Source: a virus
Lineage: Duplodnaviria > Caudoviricetes
IMG/VR virus record: IMGVR_UViG_3300044505_000028
Location: 1 to 43,180 of that record
DNA length: 43,180 bases
Reading direction: 5' to 3' (one strand)
Both the position numbers and the translations under genes were made by a program. Below are positions 17,407 through 25,597 of this stretch, piece after piece (positions within the stretch are counted from its first letter, which is position 1; each line of letters begins with the position of its first letter). The notes beneath the pieces are model-generated. The model did not search any database, was not told the origin of the DNA, and was given only the letters and a program-made list of their open reading frames with translations.

Positions 17407-18297
17407 ATCTTTTGCCATTGGGAATGTCATTGACCCCGCCAGCGTCGCCTTGGGGGATCAATTTTGGTGGAGGCCTTAATTCGACAGCGGTTATAATTGA
17501 ATGCCGTAACCGTGGTTTGCGTCCTGATTGGATACTGTTCGCGGACACCGGAAGCGAAATGCCGGGGACGTTAGACCATGTTGAGCGCATGCGGCAATGG
17601 TGCGATGGATGGTGTGAATTAACCGTGGTTAGATGGATTCGGAAAGAACCCGTGCCAATCCATCCAGGGGTCAGCGTCAGGCCCGATGACGTAGATGCGA
17701 CAGCAACATCAGATGACGGGGACGTTGTTGTGTTCTCAAGATTTGAACCACTGCATGCGCAATGCCTGCGGTCTGGCTACCTGCCAAGCAAAGCCTACGG
17801 GAATGCAGGCTGCACAAGTAAATGGAAAATTCAACCGATGGAGAAATGGCGCAAGGAACGCGGTTTTGACCATGGTGCATTTGCCGTGGGATATGATGCA
17901 GGGGAAATTAGCAGAATCACCAAGGCATGCCAGCGCGGAGATGATCCGGGGATGACGGCATGGTATCCGCTGGTCGCCTGGGGGATCGACAGACTTGGAT
18001 GTGAGGCAATTTGCAGCAAGCAAGGGATCACAGTTGGCAAGTCATCGTGTTTTATGTGCCCCAATCTAAGGGCGCATGAATGGGAGGGGTTGCGCATCGA
18101 ACATCCCGATTTGTTCGACATTGCGATGCAGATTGAGGACCGGGCGCGGGAGGCGGGGAACATATCGGCCAGTGTTTCTTGGCCCATGCTGCGTGATCGT
18201 GAGTTTTACCGTAAAAACCAGACAACGATTTTTGACGTCCAGGAGGATCGTTGTCATCACGGAGGATGCTTTACATGATTATTATATCGAGGCCCAA
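17343..18297 (-). mobile_element. Gene cassette B (955 bp)
   Basis: Ends at the predicted GCCCAA|C core (18292-18298), which is complementary to the plus-strand GTTGGGC of attC2. Low GC. Confidence 0.8.
17403..18278 (+). CDS. PAPS-reductase-like (PP-loop) protein, cargo of cassette B
   Basis: NFGGGLNSTA PP-loop-like motif, FADTGSE, CTSKWKIQP, YPL..WG, KSSCFMCP. Confidence 0.8.
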   Translation: MNLLPLGMSLTPPASPWGINFGGGLNSTAVIIECRNRGLRPDWILFADTGSEMPGTLDHVERMRQWCDGWCELTVVRWIRKEPVPIHPGVSVRPDDVDATATSDDGDVVVFSRFEPLHAQCLRSGYLPSKAYGNAGCTSKWKIQPMEKWRKERGFDHGAFAVGYDAGEISRITKACQRGDDPGMTAWYPLVAWGIDRLGCEAICSKQGITVGKSSCFMCPNLRAHEWEGLRIEHPDLFDIAMQIEDRAREAGNISASVSWPMLRDREFYRKNQTTIFDVQEDRCHHGGCFT

Positions 18298-18553
18298 CTA
18301 CCAATGGAACGACGGGAACTGGGGCTGTGACTGCAATCGCTGGGCTGAGTGGACTCGCGCGAACCCGAAAGACGACGACGGCGACGACGACACAAACCAC
18401 GTCTGCGGAGAGCCGCGCATCAGAGCGCGGCGACTGGAAGGAAGAGAGCCATTCGACGACTGGCCGGAGAACGACGAGCAGCGAGTGGAAATGGCGGAAA
18501 GGCTGAAGGCCGAGCGCGCCGAGCTGCGAAAGCAGTGGGACGCGGAGATCTAG
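18275..18553 (+). CDS. 3' half of the interrupted phage gene, restarted by a cassette-borne ATG
   Basis: MIIISRPN|YQWNDGNWGCDCNR. ATG overlaps the PAPS-like stop and the TAG abuts the terL start. Confidence 0.7.
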   Translation: MIIISRPNYQWNDGNWGCDCNRWAEWTRANPKDDDGDDDTNHVCGEPRIRARRLEGREPFDDWPENDEQRVEMAERLKAERAELRKQWDAEI

Positions 18554-20134
18554 GTGGTCGCCGTCGCCGAACTCACCGAAGAGGCGATTGACTACCACGA
18601 GCGACTCTTGCTCGAGCAGGAACTCTATCGCCGGTCGTTCGTCGACTACTGCCGCACCTGCTATCCCGATTTTGAACTGTCGGCATGGCAGGTCACGCTG
18701 TGTGAAAGGTTGCAGGCATTCGCGGAATCAATCGAGGAAGGCAAAAGCCCGCGCCTGATGGTTCACGTCCCTCCGCAGTGCGGCAAAACGACGATCGTTT
18801 CTCGCGCGTTCCCGTCATGGATGGCTGGGCGTCGCCCCGAGTGGGACGGTCTGATGGCCAGTTACGCGCAGTCCATGAGCCGAAAGAACTCACGCTGGGT
18901 CCGTAACCGACTGCGCTCGACCGAGCATCAGCGATTCTTCCCGCGCTGCCGTCTCTCCGACGATAGCCAGTCAATCGAAGATATGGACCTCACCAGCGGC
19001 CACCAGATCATCAGTCGCGGCGTCGGCGGTGGCGCGTCTGGCAATCCGGCAATGTGGGTGATCGTCGATGACCCCTTCGCCGATCGCCAGGAAGCGGACA
19101 GCAAGACGATCAGAGACAACGTTGACGATTGGTACACCGGCACGGCAGTCGCGCGACTCGGGCCAGGCGCCGGAATTCTGATCATGCATACCCGGTGGCA
19201 CATGGACGACTTGTGCGGCCGGCTACTCAAGCGCGCAAAGGACGGCGAGGACGACCCCTTGGTCGATCAGTGGGAGCAAGTGACGTTCCCCGCCGAATGG
19301 ACGAAGGATCAGCCGCGAGAGTTTTACGAGTTCGACGAGCAAAAGCGCGGATGGCTGAGGTGCAGGTTCCGCATGCGCGACCTGATGAAGAAAAAGGCGA
19401 ACCTGCCGGATCGCGACTGGCAATCGCTTTTCAATCAATCGCCGCTGTCCGACGGCGGCAACCTGTTCAAGCGTAAGTGGCTCAACGAAGCGGAAGCGCC
19501 CAAGCGGTTCCAGTACCTCTATCAAGCGTGGGACGTTGCCGTCACCGAAGCGGACCTCGATCGCGGCGACTGGTCGGTCGGCGTGTGCGTCGGCAAGGAT
19601 CAGCTCGGCAGATACTGGCTGCTCGACGTGTGCCGTGGGCAATGGAATTCGGCTGAGCTGGTCGAAGAGATGATGCGCTTCGCCGCCAAGCATAAGACGA
19701 CGCAGCGGGTATGGGTCGAAGGCGGGCCGATTGGCCGATCGATCGAACCATGGCTGAGGAAGCGGATCCGCGAGAAGGCCGCGCTGTTCCAGCTTGAGAT
19801 TGTCGCCCACAGCGGTCGAGGCGACAAGGTTGCCCGCGCGCGTGGTCCGCTGCTGGCCGCGATGAGCAACGGCTCGTTCTACGTCCCCAAGGGGGCCGCC
19901 TGGATCGGGCCGCTCGGCGACGAGCTGGTGGCATTCCCGTCCGCCGCCCACGACGATCAGGTCGATGCACTGGCGATCCTGTTCCTTGAGCTTCAGCAGA
20001 TCCGCGAGAGCGAGCCGGCAGCGGAATTGCTCGCAGCGGATGGCGACGCAGCCCGCGTGACCGGCGGCCAGCTTGAGGACTACTACGCCGAACTCGACCG
20101 GCTGAACAAGCAAACCCCACGGAGAAAGAAATGA
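18554..20134 (+). CDS. terL: Terminase large subunit
   Basis: Walker A PPQCGKT, Walker B IVDDP, TRWH coupling motif, nuclease WDVA and HDDQVDA. Confidence 0.95.
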   Translation: MVAVAELTEEAIDYHERLLLEQELYRRSFVDYCRTCYPDFELSAWQVTLCERLQAFAESIEEGKSPRLMVHVPPQCGKTTIVSRAFPSWMAGRRPEWDGLMASYAQSMSRKNSRWVRNRLRSTEHQRFFPRCRLSDDSQSIEDMDLTSGHQIISRGVGGGASGNPAMWVIVDDPFADRQEADSKTIRDNVDDWYTGTAVARLGPGAGILIMHTRWHMDDLCGRLLKRAKDGEDDPLVDQWEQVTFPAEWTKDQPREFYEFDEQKRGWLRCRFRMRDLMKKKANLPDRDWQSLFNQSPLSDGGNLFKRKWLNEAEAPKRFQYLYQAWDVAVTEADLDRGDWSVGVCVGKDQLGRYWLLDVCRGQWNSAELVEEMMRFAAKHKTTQRVWVEGGPIGRSIEPWLRKRIREKAALFQLEIVAHSGRGDKVARARGPLLAAMSNGSFYVPKGAAWIGPLGDELVAFPSAAHDDQVDALAILFLELQQIRESEPAAELLAADGDAARVTGGQLEDYYAELDRLNKQTPRRKK

Positions 20135-20553
20135 GCAACCCGAGCATCATCATCGCTGGCGACAGCGAGCCGAAGGAGGACCGGCAGAGCGCGAAGCGGC
20201 GGCTGGAGGAAACGACCGCCGGCACGTTCGAAGACGTGGTCGCGCTCAGTGCCGCGATTGATTCCGGCCTGATCGTGGCGTTCACGGTCGGCGCCGAAGA
20301 TTCCGGCAAGGCACTCTGTGAGGTCATATTCCCACGCAAAAGCGGACAGAACGACGACGAGCCGAACCCGTCGCGGCAGGTCGAGGCGCCAACGCCGATC
20401 GGTGCGCTGGCTAAGGCTGGCGAGATCGTGCGCGGCATGATCCAACTCGAGCAGCAGAAGACCGGCAAGCACAGCGCCTATCTGGATGGAGTGACCGAAC
20501 GGAGGAACCTGCGGAAGTCGCTCATCGCAACCCCGTCGCCGTCGAGGAACTGA
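20131..20553 (+). CDS. Hypothetical protein
   Basis: ATGA-coupled to terL. Confidence 0.6.
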   Translation: MSNPSIIIAGDSEPKEDRQSAKRRLEETTAGTFEDVVALSAAIDSGLIVAFTVGAEDSGKALCEVIFPRKSGQNDDEPNPSRQVEAPTPIGALAKAGEIVRGMIQLEQQKTGKHSAYLDGVTERRNLRKSLIATPSPSRN

Positions 20554-21065
20554 TGGCCGCCACTCGATCCCCCTACGTTGCGCCGCTTCGGATGGCCACC
20601 AGGTGGTGCATGTCGCTCGCCGGCAAGCGCCTCATGTCGATCGAGTCAATCGCGATGGTGGCCAACGCTGACGCGAGCCGCGCCCGAGCCTACGCGACGA
20701 TCTTGGTCGCGCGTGGTGCGCTCGTATGGGACGGAGCCGACCATGTGCGCAAAGGCAAGAAGTGGGCCGAATGGGAGTCGTCCGATAGCCGCTCGCGACC
20801 AAAGGGTGCTGGCGGCAGCGGAGACGAGGCGACCATGGACAGCATGCGCCGCCGTCTCTCTGCTGAGATCAAGCGGCTGCGAGAAGCGCGAGGCTGGACG
20901 CAGAACGAGCTGGCCAGGCGAGCCGGAATCAACCACGTGCTGATCGTCCGGTCCGATAAATGGGCCCGCCCGCCCTCTGCTATTGCCACCGCCCTGATTG
21001 CCCAGGCGCTCGGCGTCCCGCTGGGCGAACTCTTCGGACTTGGTGCTTCCTTGGCCCGCGAATAG
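20553..21065 (+). CDS. HTH regulator (wHTH-like N-terminus plus XRE domain)
   Basis: IKRLREARGWTQNELARRAGI...IAQALGVPLGELF. Confidence 0.8.
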   Translation: MAATRSPYVAPLRMATRWCMSLAGKRLMSIESIAMVANADASRARAYATILVARGALVWDGADHVRKGKKWAEWESSDSRSRPKGAGGSGDEATMDSMRRRLSAEIKRLREARGWTQNELARRAGINHVLIVRSDKWARPPSAIATALIAQALGVPLGELFGLGASLARE

Positions 21066-21116
21066 TCCGCGGCATGGAGGGGGCCGAACCCTAACCACTC
21101 CCTCGGAGATTTGGTC

Positions 21117-21890
21117 ATGCCCCCACCCGCCCTCGCGCTGCTCGCCCTCGTCGAGGGCGCCGTCGCTGCCTCCACCCTCTACCCCGTAAGCCCGTTCCCG
21201 GTCTTCAAGCAGTCGCGCCTGATGGGCCCGATTGAGCTTGAGATCGAACGCGCCGGCACCACCGGCGGCGGCACGCTCTGGTCGGCCACGCTGAACGGCA
21301 TGGCCAACAGCAATCGCCAGGACTTCCGCACGGACGGCAGCTCGACCGTCTACGATACCGGCATCGCCCACGTTGCCCTGAGCAACAACAACTGGCTGCT
21401 GCGCATCGACAAGTCGACCCGCACCGGCACCGCCGCCGTCACCGCCAACTCGGCGACCGTGACCGGCACCGGCACCTCGTTCACCACCGAACTGAAGGTC
21501 GGCAGCGAGATCCTGATCAACGGCGAACGCCGCACGGTCCAGACAATCGCCTCGACCACCTCGCTGACGGTCGACGCCCCGTACGTCAACACCGCTTCGG
21601 GCGCGGCGATCACGATGCTCGACGACTTCCTGGTGCCGACCACGGACTTCTCGGTTTCGAGCAACGGCGGCCTCTGCCGCGTCACCCTGGCCGCTGCCGC
21701 CAAGGGACCGGCCAACGCCACCCTCCAGGTCCACTTCGTGGTGCCCAAGTCGCTGTTCACCTACGCGACCGCCACCGTGCAGTTCCTGATCCGTGAGCTG
21801 CCCCAGAGCGGTGACGCCCTGTGGTACGCCCAGGACGCTACCGGCACGCCCAGCAACACCAACATCTACATTCGCGCCATCGGAGCCTGA
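21117..21890 (+). CDS. Beta-rich putative virion decoration/fibre protein
   Basis: TVTGTGTSFTTELKVG..I.ING...I.STTSLT beta module; strongly biased codon usage; GGAG RBS. Confidence 0.6.
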   Translation: MPPPALALLALVEGAVAASTLYPVSPFPVFKQSRLMGPIELEIERAGTTGGGTLWSATLNGMANSNRQDFRTDGSSTVYDTGIAHVALSNNNWLLRIDKSTRTGTAAVTANSATVTGTGTSFTTELKVGSEILINGERRTVQTIASTTSLTVDAPYVNTASGAAITMLDDFLVPTTDFSVSSNGGLCRVTLAAAAKGPANATLQVHFVVPKSLFTYATATVQFLIRELPQSGDALWYAQDATGTPSNTNIYIRAIGA

Positions 21891-21892
21891 AC

Positions 21893-24022
21893 GTGGACGA
21901 AATGGTCACTGACCAGCCGGCGCTTGGTGCCGAGCTGGTCAGCCCATTGCAGATGTCTTCTGATCCCGTCGCCTCAATCGAAGAGGCGCGGGAGTCGGGG
22001 ACATTGGCGGCGGATCGGGAAGAAACCGACACGCCGGAAGAATTGCAGGCTTTGGTCACGCACTGGCTGACCAAGACCAGCAATTACAAGGCTTTTGACG
22101 ACCTCTGTAAGCAGGTCGACCTGGATGAAGAGGCGATCGACGGCGGCAGCGAAGCCGAAAACGAAGACGACTCAGCCAACACGACGAACCACATTTACCG
22201 GAATGCCACGCAGACCGTGGCCATGCTGGTTCCCGAGTTCTCATCGCTCAAGCGCAAGGTGCGCGCGATGGTCGAGCCGGAGCCAGGCGAGCCGGTCAAT
22301 CCTCAAGTGGTCAAATTCAAGCGGCAGGCGCGCGGGCTGGCATCGACGCTCGAGGTGCTGTCCGATACCTACCTTGGAGAGATCGACTTCCAGACCACGC
22401 TTGAGGCGTGGGTGCAGGACGCTTGCCATTACCCGATCGCGATTCTCAAGGTCATGTGGCAGTCGCGGCTGGAGGACGATGCTGTCAGCCAGGAGCGTCT
22501 GACCGACGACCAGGAGAGCTTCGCCCGGCTGGCAATGTTGTCCGAGCAATACAGTCGCGGCGAATTCACGAAGACCGATTACCAGTACCAGGAACTGCGC
22601 GACCTGATGGTCGCCACGCAGAAGCCGAAGCTGTGGATCCGTCAGGGGCTGCTGATCGAAGGTGTGCCCGCACGGCAATGGCGCTGCGATCCACGTGTCA
22701 CCGGGCCGGAAAACGTCGACAGCGCAGCCTGGCAGCGTCAAGACATCCTCATGTCGCGCGCCGAGATCCTGTCGAAGTGGGAACATATCAACCCCGACGA
22801 GCTTGGCAGTGCCCAGGTCTACGGACTGGACGAGCAGGGCCGCTGGCTCAAGCAGAACGCTCAGGACAAGCAGAGCCGGGCATCTGTCAGCGCGAACACT
22901 CGCGATCCGCAAGCCACCACGCGCGGCAAGGACGATGACCTGCTGCTGGTCTGCGAAATCTACGACGCAGAGAGCCGGCAGGTGCTGGTGCTGGTCGAGG
23001 GGCTGGCCTATCCGGCGGCGAAGTATCCAATGGACGAGGACGAAGACGGCTTCCCGTTCGTCCCGATCGTCCTCAATCGCCGCTCTGGCCGCCTCGCCGG
23101 CTTCAGCGACACGCAGCTTCAGCGCAAGGCCCAGAAGGGCCGCAATGAACTGCGCAGCGCCGAGGAAATCGCCCGCGATCTAGCCCAACCGCGGTGGGCC
23201 TACGACCCTGCCCAGGTGTCCGAAACGGTCATGGATCAGGTTGTGAAGGCGCGCCCCGGCGAATCGGTGGCGATCCCGCTCAATGGCCGCGACATTCGCC
23301 AGGCGATCATGCCGCTGGTCGGTACGCATGAGTACCGCGCCGACGAGTACGACGTTTACCGCTTTGACCAGGAGCTGGCGATGATGGCCGCGCTCCCTGA
23401 TGCCGCTAAGGGCGGAATGGGCTCGGCAAAGTTTAGCAGCGAGGTCCAGGTGGCCGCGTCTGGCGCCTCGATCCTCACCGAACATCGCCAAGGCATCATC
23501 AACCGCGCGCTGGTGAAGCTCGTCAAGAAGATCGACCGCCTGATGCTGAAGTACGTCGGCACCGACACGGCGGTTCAGTTCGCCGGACCGCTCGCCGCGC
23601 AGTATTGGCCTGCCGACTACGAGCAGCGGAAGGCGCAGTACGAGTGGTTGCACATCGTTCCGGACGTGAATATCAGCCAGCGCCTCGACCAGTCGAAGCG
23701 CATGGACAACATCGCCCGCCTGCTTGATGCCGGCGCTCGCGCTGGTGCCCGATTCCCGGCCAAGGCGATCGTCAAGCTGATGGGCACCGCCCTGGGCGAC
23801 GAAGAGGTCGCAGACCTGATCCAGCCTGACCCGAATGCGCTCGTGGGGGATCTTGCCCAGACGACGCAGGAACTCGGCGTGCAGGCTCTCGCGCCCGAAT
23901 CGATCCAGGCCCTCGCGCAGATCGCGCAGCAGGCGATGGCGATGCTCCAGCAGCAGCAGATGCAGGCCGCCGCAGCCGAACAGCAGCAACAGCAAGCCCA
24001 ACCCTCACAGACCGGAGCCTAG
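21893..24022 (+). CDS. Portal protein (podovirus-like)
   Basis: ~710 aa after terL, FPFVP motif, Gln-rich C-terminal tail. Start codon uncertain. Confidence 0.75.
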   Translation: MDEMVTDQPALGAELVSPLQMSSDPVASIEEARESGTLAADREETDTPEELQALVTHWLTKTSNYKAFDDLCKQVDLDEEAIDGGSEAENEDDSANTTNHIYRNATQTVAMLVPEFSSLKRKVRAMVEPEPGEPVNPQVVKFKRQARGLASTLEVLSDTYLGEIDFQTTLEAWVQDACHYPIAILKVMWQSRLEDDAVSQERLTDDQESFARLAMLSEQYSRGEFTKTDYQYQELRDLMVATQKPKLWIRQGLLIEGVPARQWRCDPRVTGPENVDSAAWQRQDILMSRAEILSKWEHINPDELGSAQVYGLDEQGRWLKQNAQDKQSRASVSANTRDPQATTRGKDDDLLLVCEIYDAESRQVLVLVEGLAYPAAKYPMDEDEDGFPFVPIVLNRRSGRLAGFSDTQLQRKAQKGRNELRSAEEIARDLAQPRWAYDPAQVSETVMDQVVKARPGESVAIPLNGRDIRQAIMPLVGTHEYRADEYDVYRFDQELAMMAALPDAAKGGMGSAKFSSEVQVAASGASILTEHRQGIINRALVKLVKKIDRLMLKYVGTDTAVQFAGPLAAQYWPADYEQRKAQYEWLHIVPDVNISQRLDQSKRMDNIARLLDAGARAGARFPAKAIVKLMGTALGDEEVADLIQPDPNALVGDLAQTTQELGVQALAPESIQALAQIAQQAMAMLQQQQMQAAAAEQQQQQAQPSQTGA

Positions 24023-24024
24023 CC

Positions 24025-24396
24025 ATGGCCACGACCGCGACCCTCATCAACCTGCCCGCCGGCTCGGCGTACCGCAATGCGGTGATCTACCGCTGGGACT
24101 TGGTCAACGGCGAAAGCGGCGATGCGATCGACCTGGCAGCCTTCCCCGATCGCTCCGTGCAGGTGCTGGGCACCTTTGGCGTCGGCGGTAATGCCCGCTG
24201 CGAGGGTTCGCTGCTGGCCGCCCCGGCGTCGAACTCCGACTACGCCACGCTCACCGACCCTCAGGGAAATGCGCTGGACGTAACCGCCGCCAAGATAGAG
24301 GCTGTGTCCGAAGCCACCCGCTGGTTCCGCCCGCGCATCACTGCTGGCGATGGGACCACCGCCCTGACCATCATCCTCCTCGCCATCAGAAAGTGA
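24025..24396 (+). CDS. Small beta-rich putative virion protein
   Basis: RSVQVLGTFG...EGS...RWFRP pattern; follows portal. Confidence 0.55.
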   Translation: MATTATLINLPAGSAYRNAVIYRWDLVNGESGDAIDLAAFPDRSVQVLGTFGVGGNARCEGSLLAAPASNSDYATLTDPQGNALDVTAAKIEAVSEATRWFRPRITAGDGTTALTIILLAIRK

Positions 24397-24403
24397 GCCG
24401 GCC

Positions 24404-24889
24404 ATGCCCATCGACCTACCGAAGCACCTGCGAGCCGAAGCGCAGCGCGCGGAATTCATCATCGAACTGGTCAAGTCAGCCGACAAGCTGAACAACCTGG
24501 AGCAGGCGGAAGCCGAAAGTCTGGCCAGGATCGAGGACTATCGCAAGGGCGCCGAAGCGATCGAGGCGGAATGCGCAGACCGCATCAAGCGCGCAGACGA
24601 GCGCGTTGCCAAGGCGCTGGGATCCGCAGCCCAAGCAGTGGCCGACGCCAAGGCCGAAGCCGAGCAGATCGTCGCACGCGCGAAGACCGAGGCCGAGAAT
24701 CTGACCGCCAATGGCCGCGCGGCCCTTGCCGCTCTCGATGCCGAACTGACCACGAGCAAGCAGGCGGTTGAAGACGCCAAGGCCGTGATCGCCGCCCTGG
24801 CCGAACAGTACGAAGGATTGAGGAACCAAGCCGACGCGGCAATCGCGGTCATCGCCAAGGCCGAAGCGATTAAGAAAGTGATGGGCTGA
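24404..24889 (+). CDS. Ala-rich coiled-coil protein
   Basis: Heptad/Ala-rich helical composition. Confidence 0.65.
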   Translation: MPIDLPKHLRAEAQRAEFIIELVKSADKLNNLEQAEAESLARIEDYRKGAEAIEAECADRIKRADERVAKALGSAAQAVADAKAEAEQIVARAKTEAENLTANGRAALAALDAELTTSKQAVEDAKAVIAALAEQYEGLRNQADAAIAVIAKAEAIKKVMG

Positions 24890-24892
24890 TCT

Positions 24893-25414
24893 ATGGCCGC
24901 AACCTTCACCGTCACCGTCCAGGGCACCGCGTTCGCCTCGAACAAGTCGCTCTTGTCGTTGTTCAACGGCTCCGGCTCTGGCCGCGTTCTGCGCGTCTAT
25001 CGCGTGTGGATGCTCAACCATCAGACCGGCGCCGTGACCGGCGTGATGACCGCGTGCGAATTGCGCCGAATCACTGCCAGCACAGGCGGCACCGCGCAGA
25101 CCCCCGTCAAGCACGACACCAACAGCAGCAACCTGCCCGCTCAGGTGACCGCCGCCACCGGCCCGACCGATACCGTCACCGACCTCTTTCGCCGCATCCT
25201 GTGGTCTGGCGACGAGCCTGCGGTCGGCACCGGCACCAATGACGAACTCGAATGCTTGCCCGAGCTGGGCAAAATATGGGACGCCGGATATGGTGACACC
25301 AACATCGAGCCGATTGTCCTGCGCGAAGGCCAGGGCGTCAGCGTGCGCCAGCCGGGCGCGAACGCCATCGGCGTGGTCGACGTAATGATCGAGTTTACCG
25401 ACGCGGCGTCGTAA
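24893..25414 (+). CDS. Putative virion protein, single copy of a repeated beta domain
   Basis: Shares NGSG.., DTNSS.LPAQVTA and VLREG motifs with 25594..27609. Confidence 0.65.
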   Translation: MAATFTVTVQGTAFASNKSLLSLFNGSGSGRVLRVYRVWMLNHQTGAVTGVMTACELRRITASTGGTAQTPVKHDTNSSNLPAQVTAATGPTDTVTDLFRRILWSGDEPAVGTGTNDELECLPELGKIWDAGYGDTNIEPIVLREGQGVSVRQPGANAIGVVDVMIEFTDAAS

Positions 25415-25417
25415 CCC

Positions 25418-25597
25418 ATGGAATGGACCGAGCCATCTACGGCCCTGCCTTCAGCGGGGCAGAAAGTGGCTGTCAGGGGCCGTTTCATCGAAATCGGCAT
25501 CGCCGTATTTGACGGGACCATCTTCGAGGTCAACGGACTGAAGGTCGCTCCGGAAGACATCGCTGAATGGTCGCCGCTTGAAGGCGGTGCCGAGTGA
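25418..25597 (+). CDS. Small protein (59 aa), DUF551-like, not in the ORF track
   Basis: MEWTEPSTALPSAGQKVAV...IAEWSPL; stop overlaps the next GTG. Confidence 0.55.
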   Translation: MEWTEPSTALPSAGQKVAVRGRFIEIGIAVFDGTIFEVNGLKVAPEDIAEWSPLEGGAE

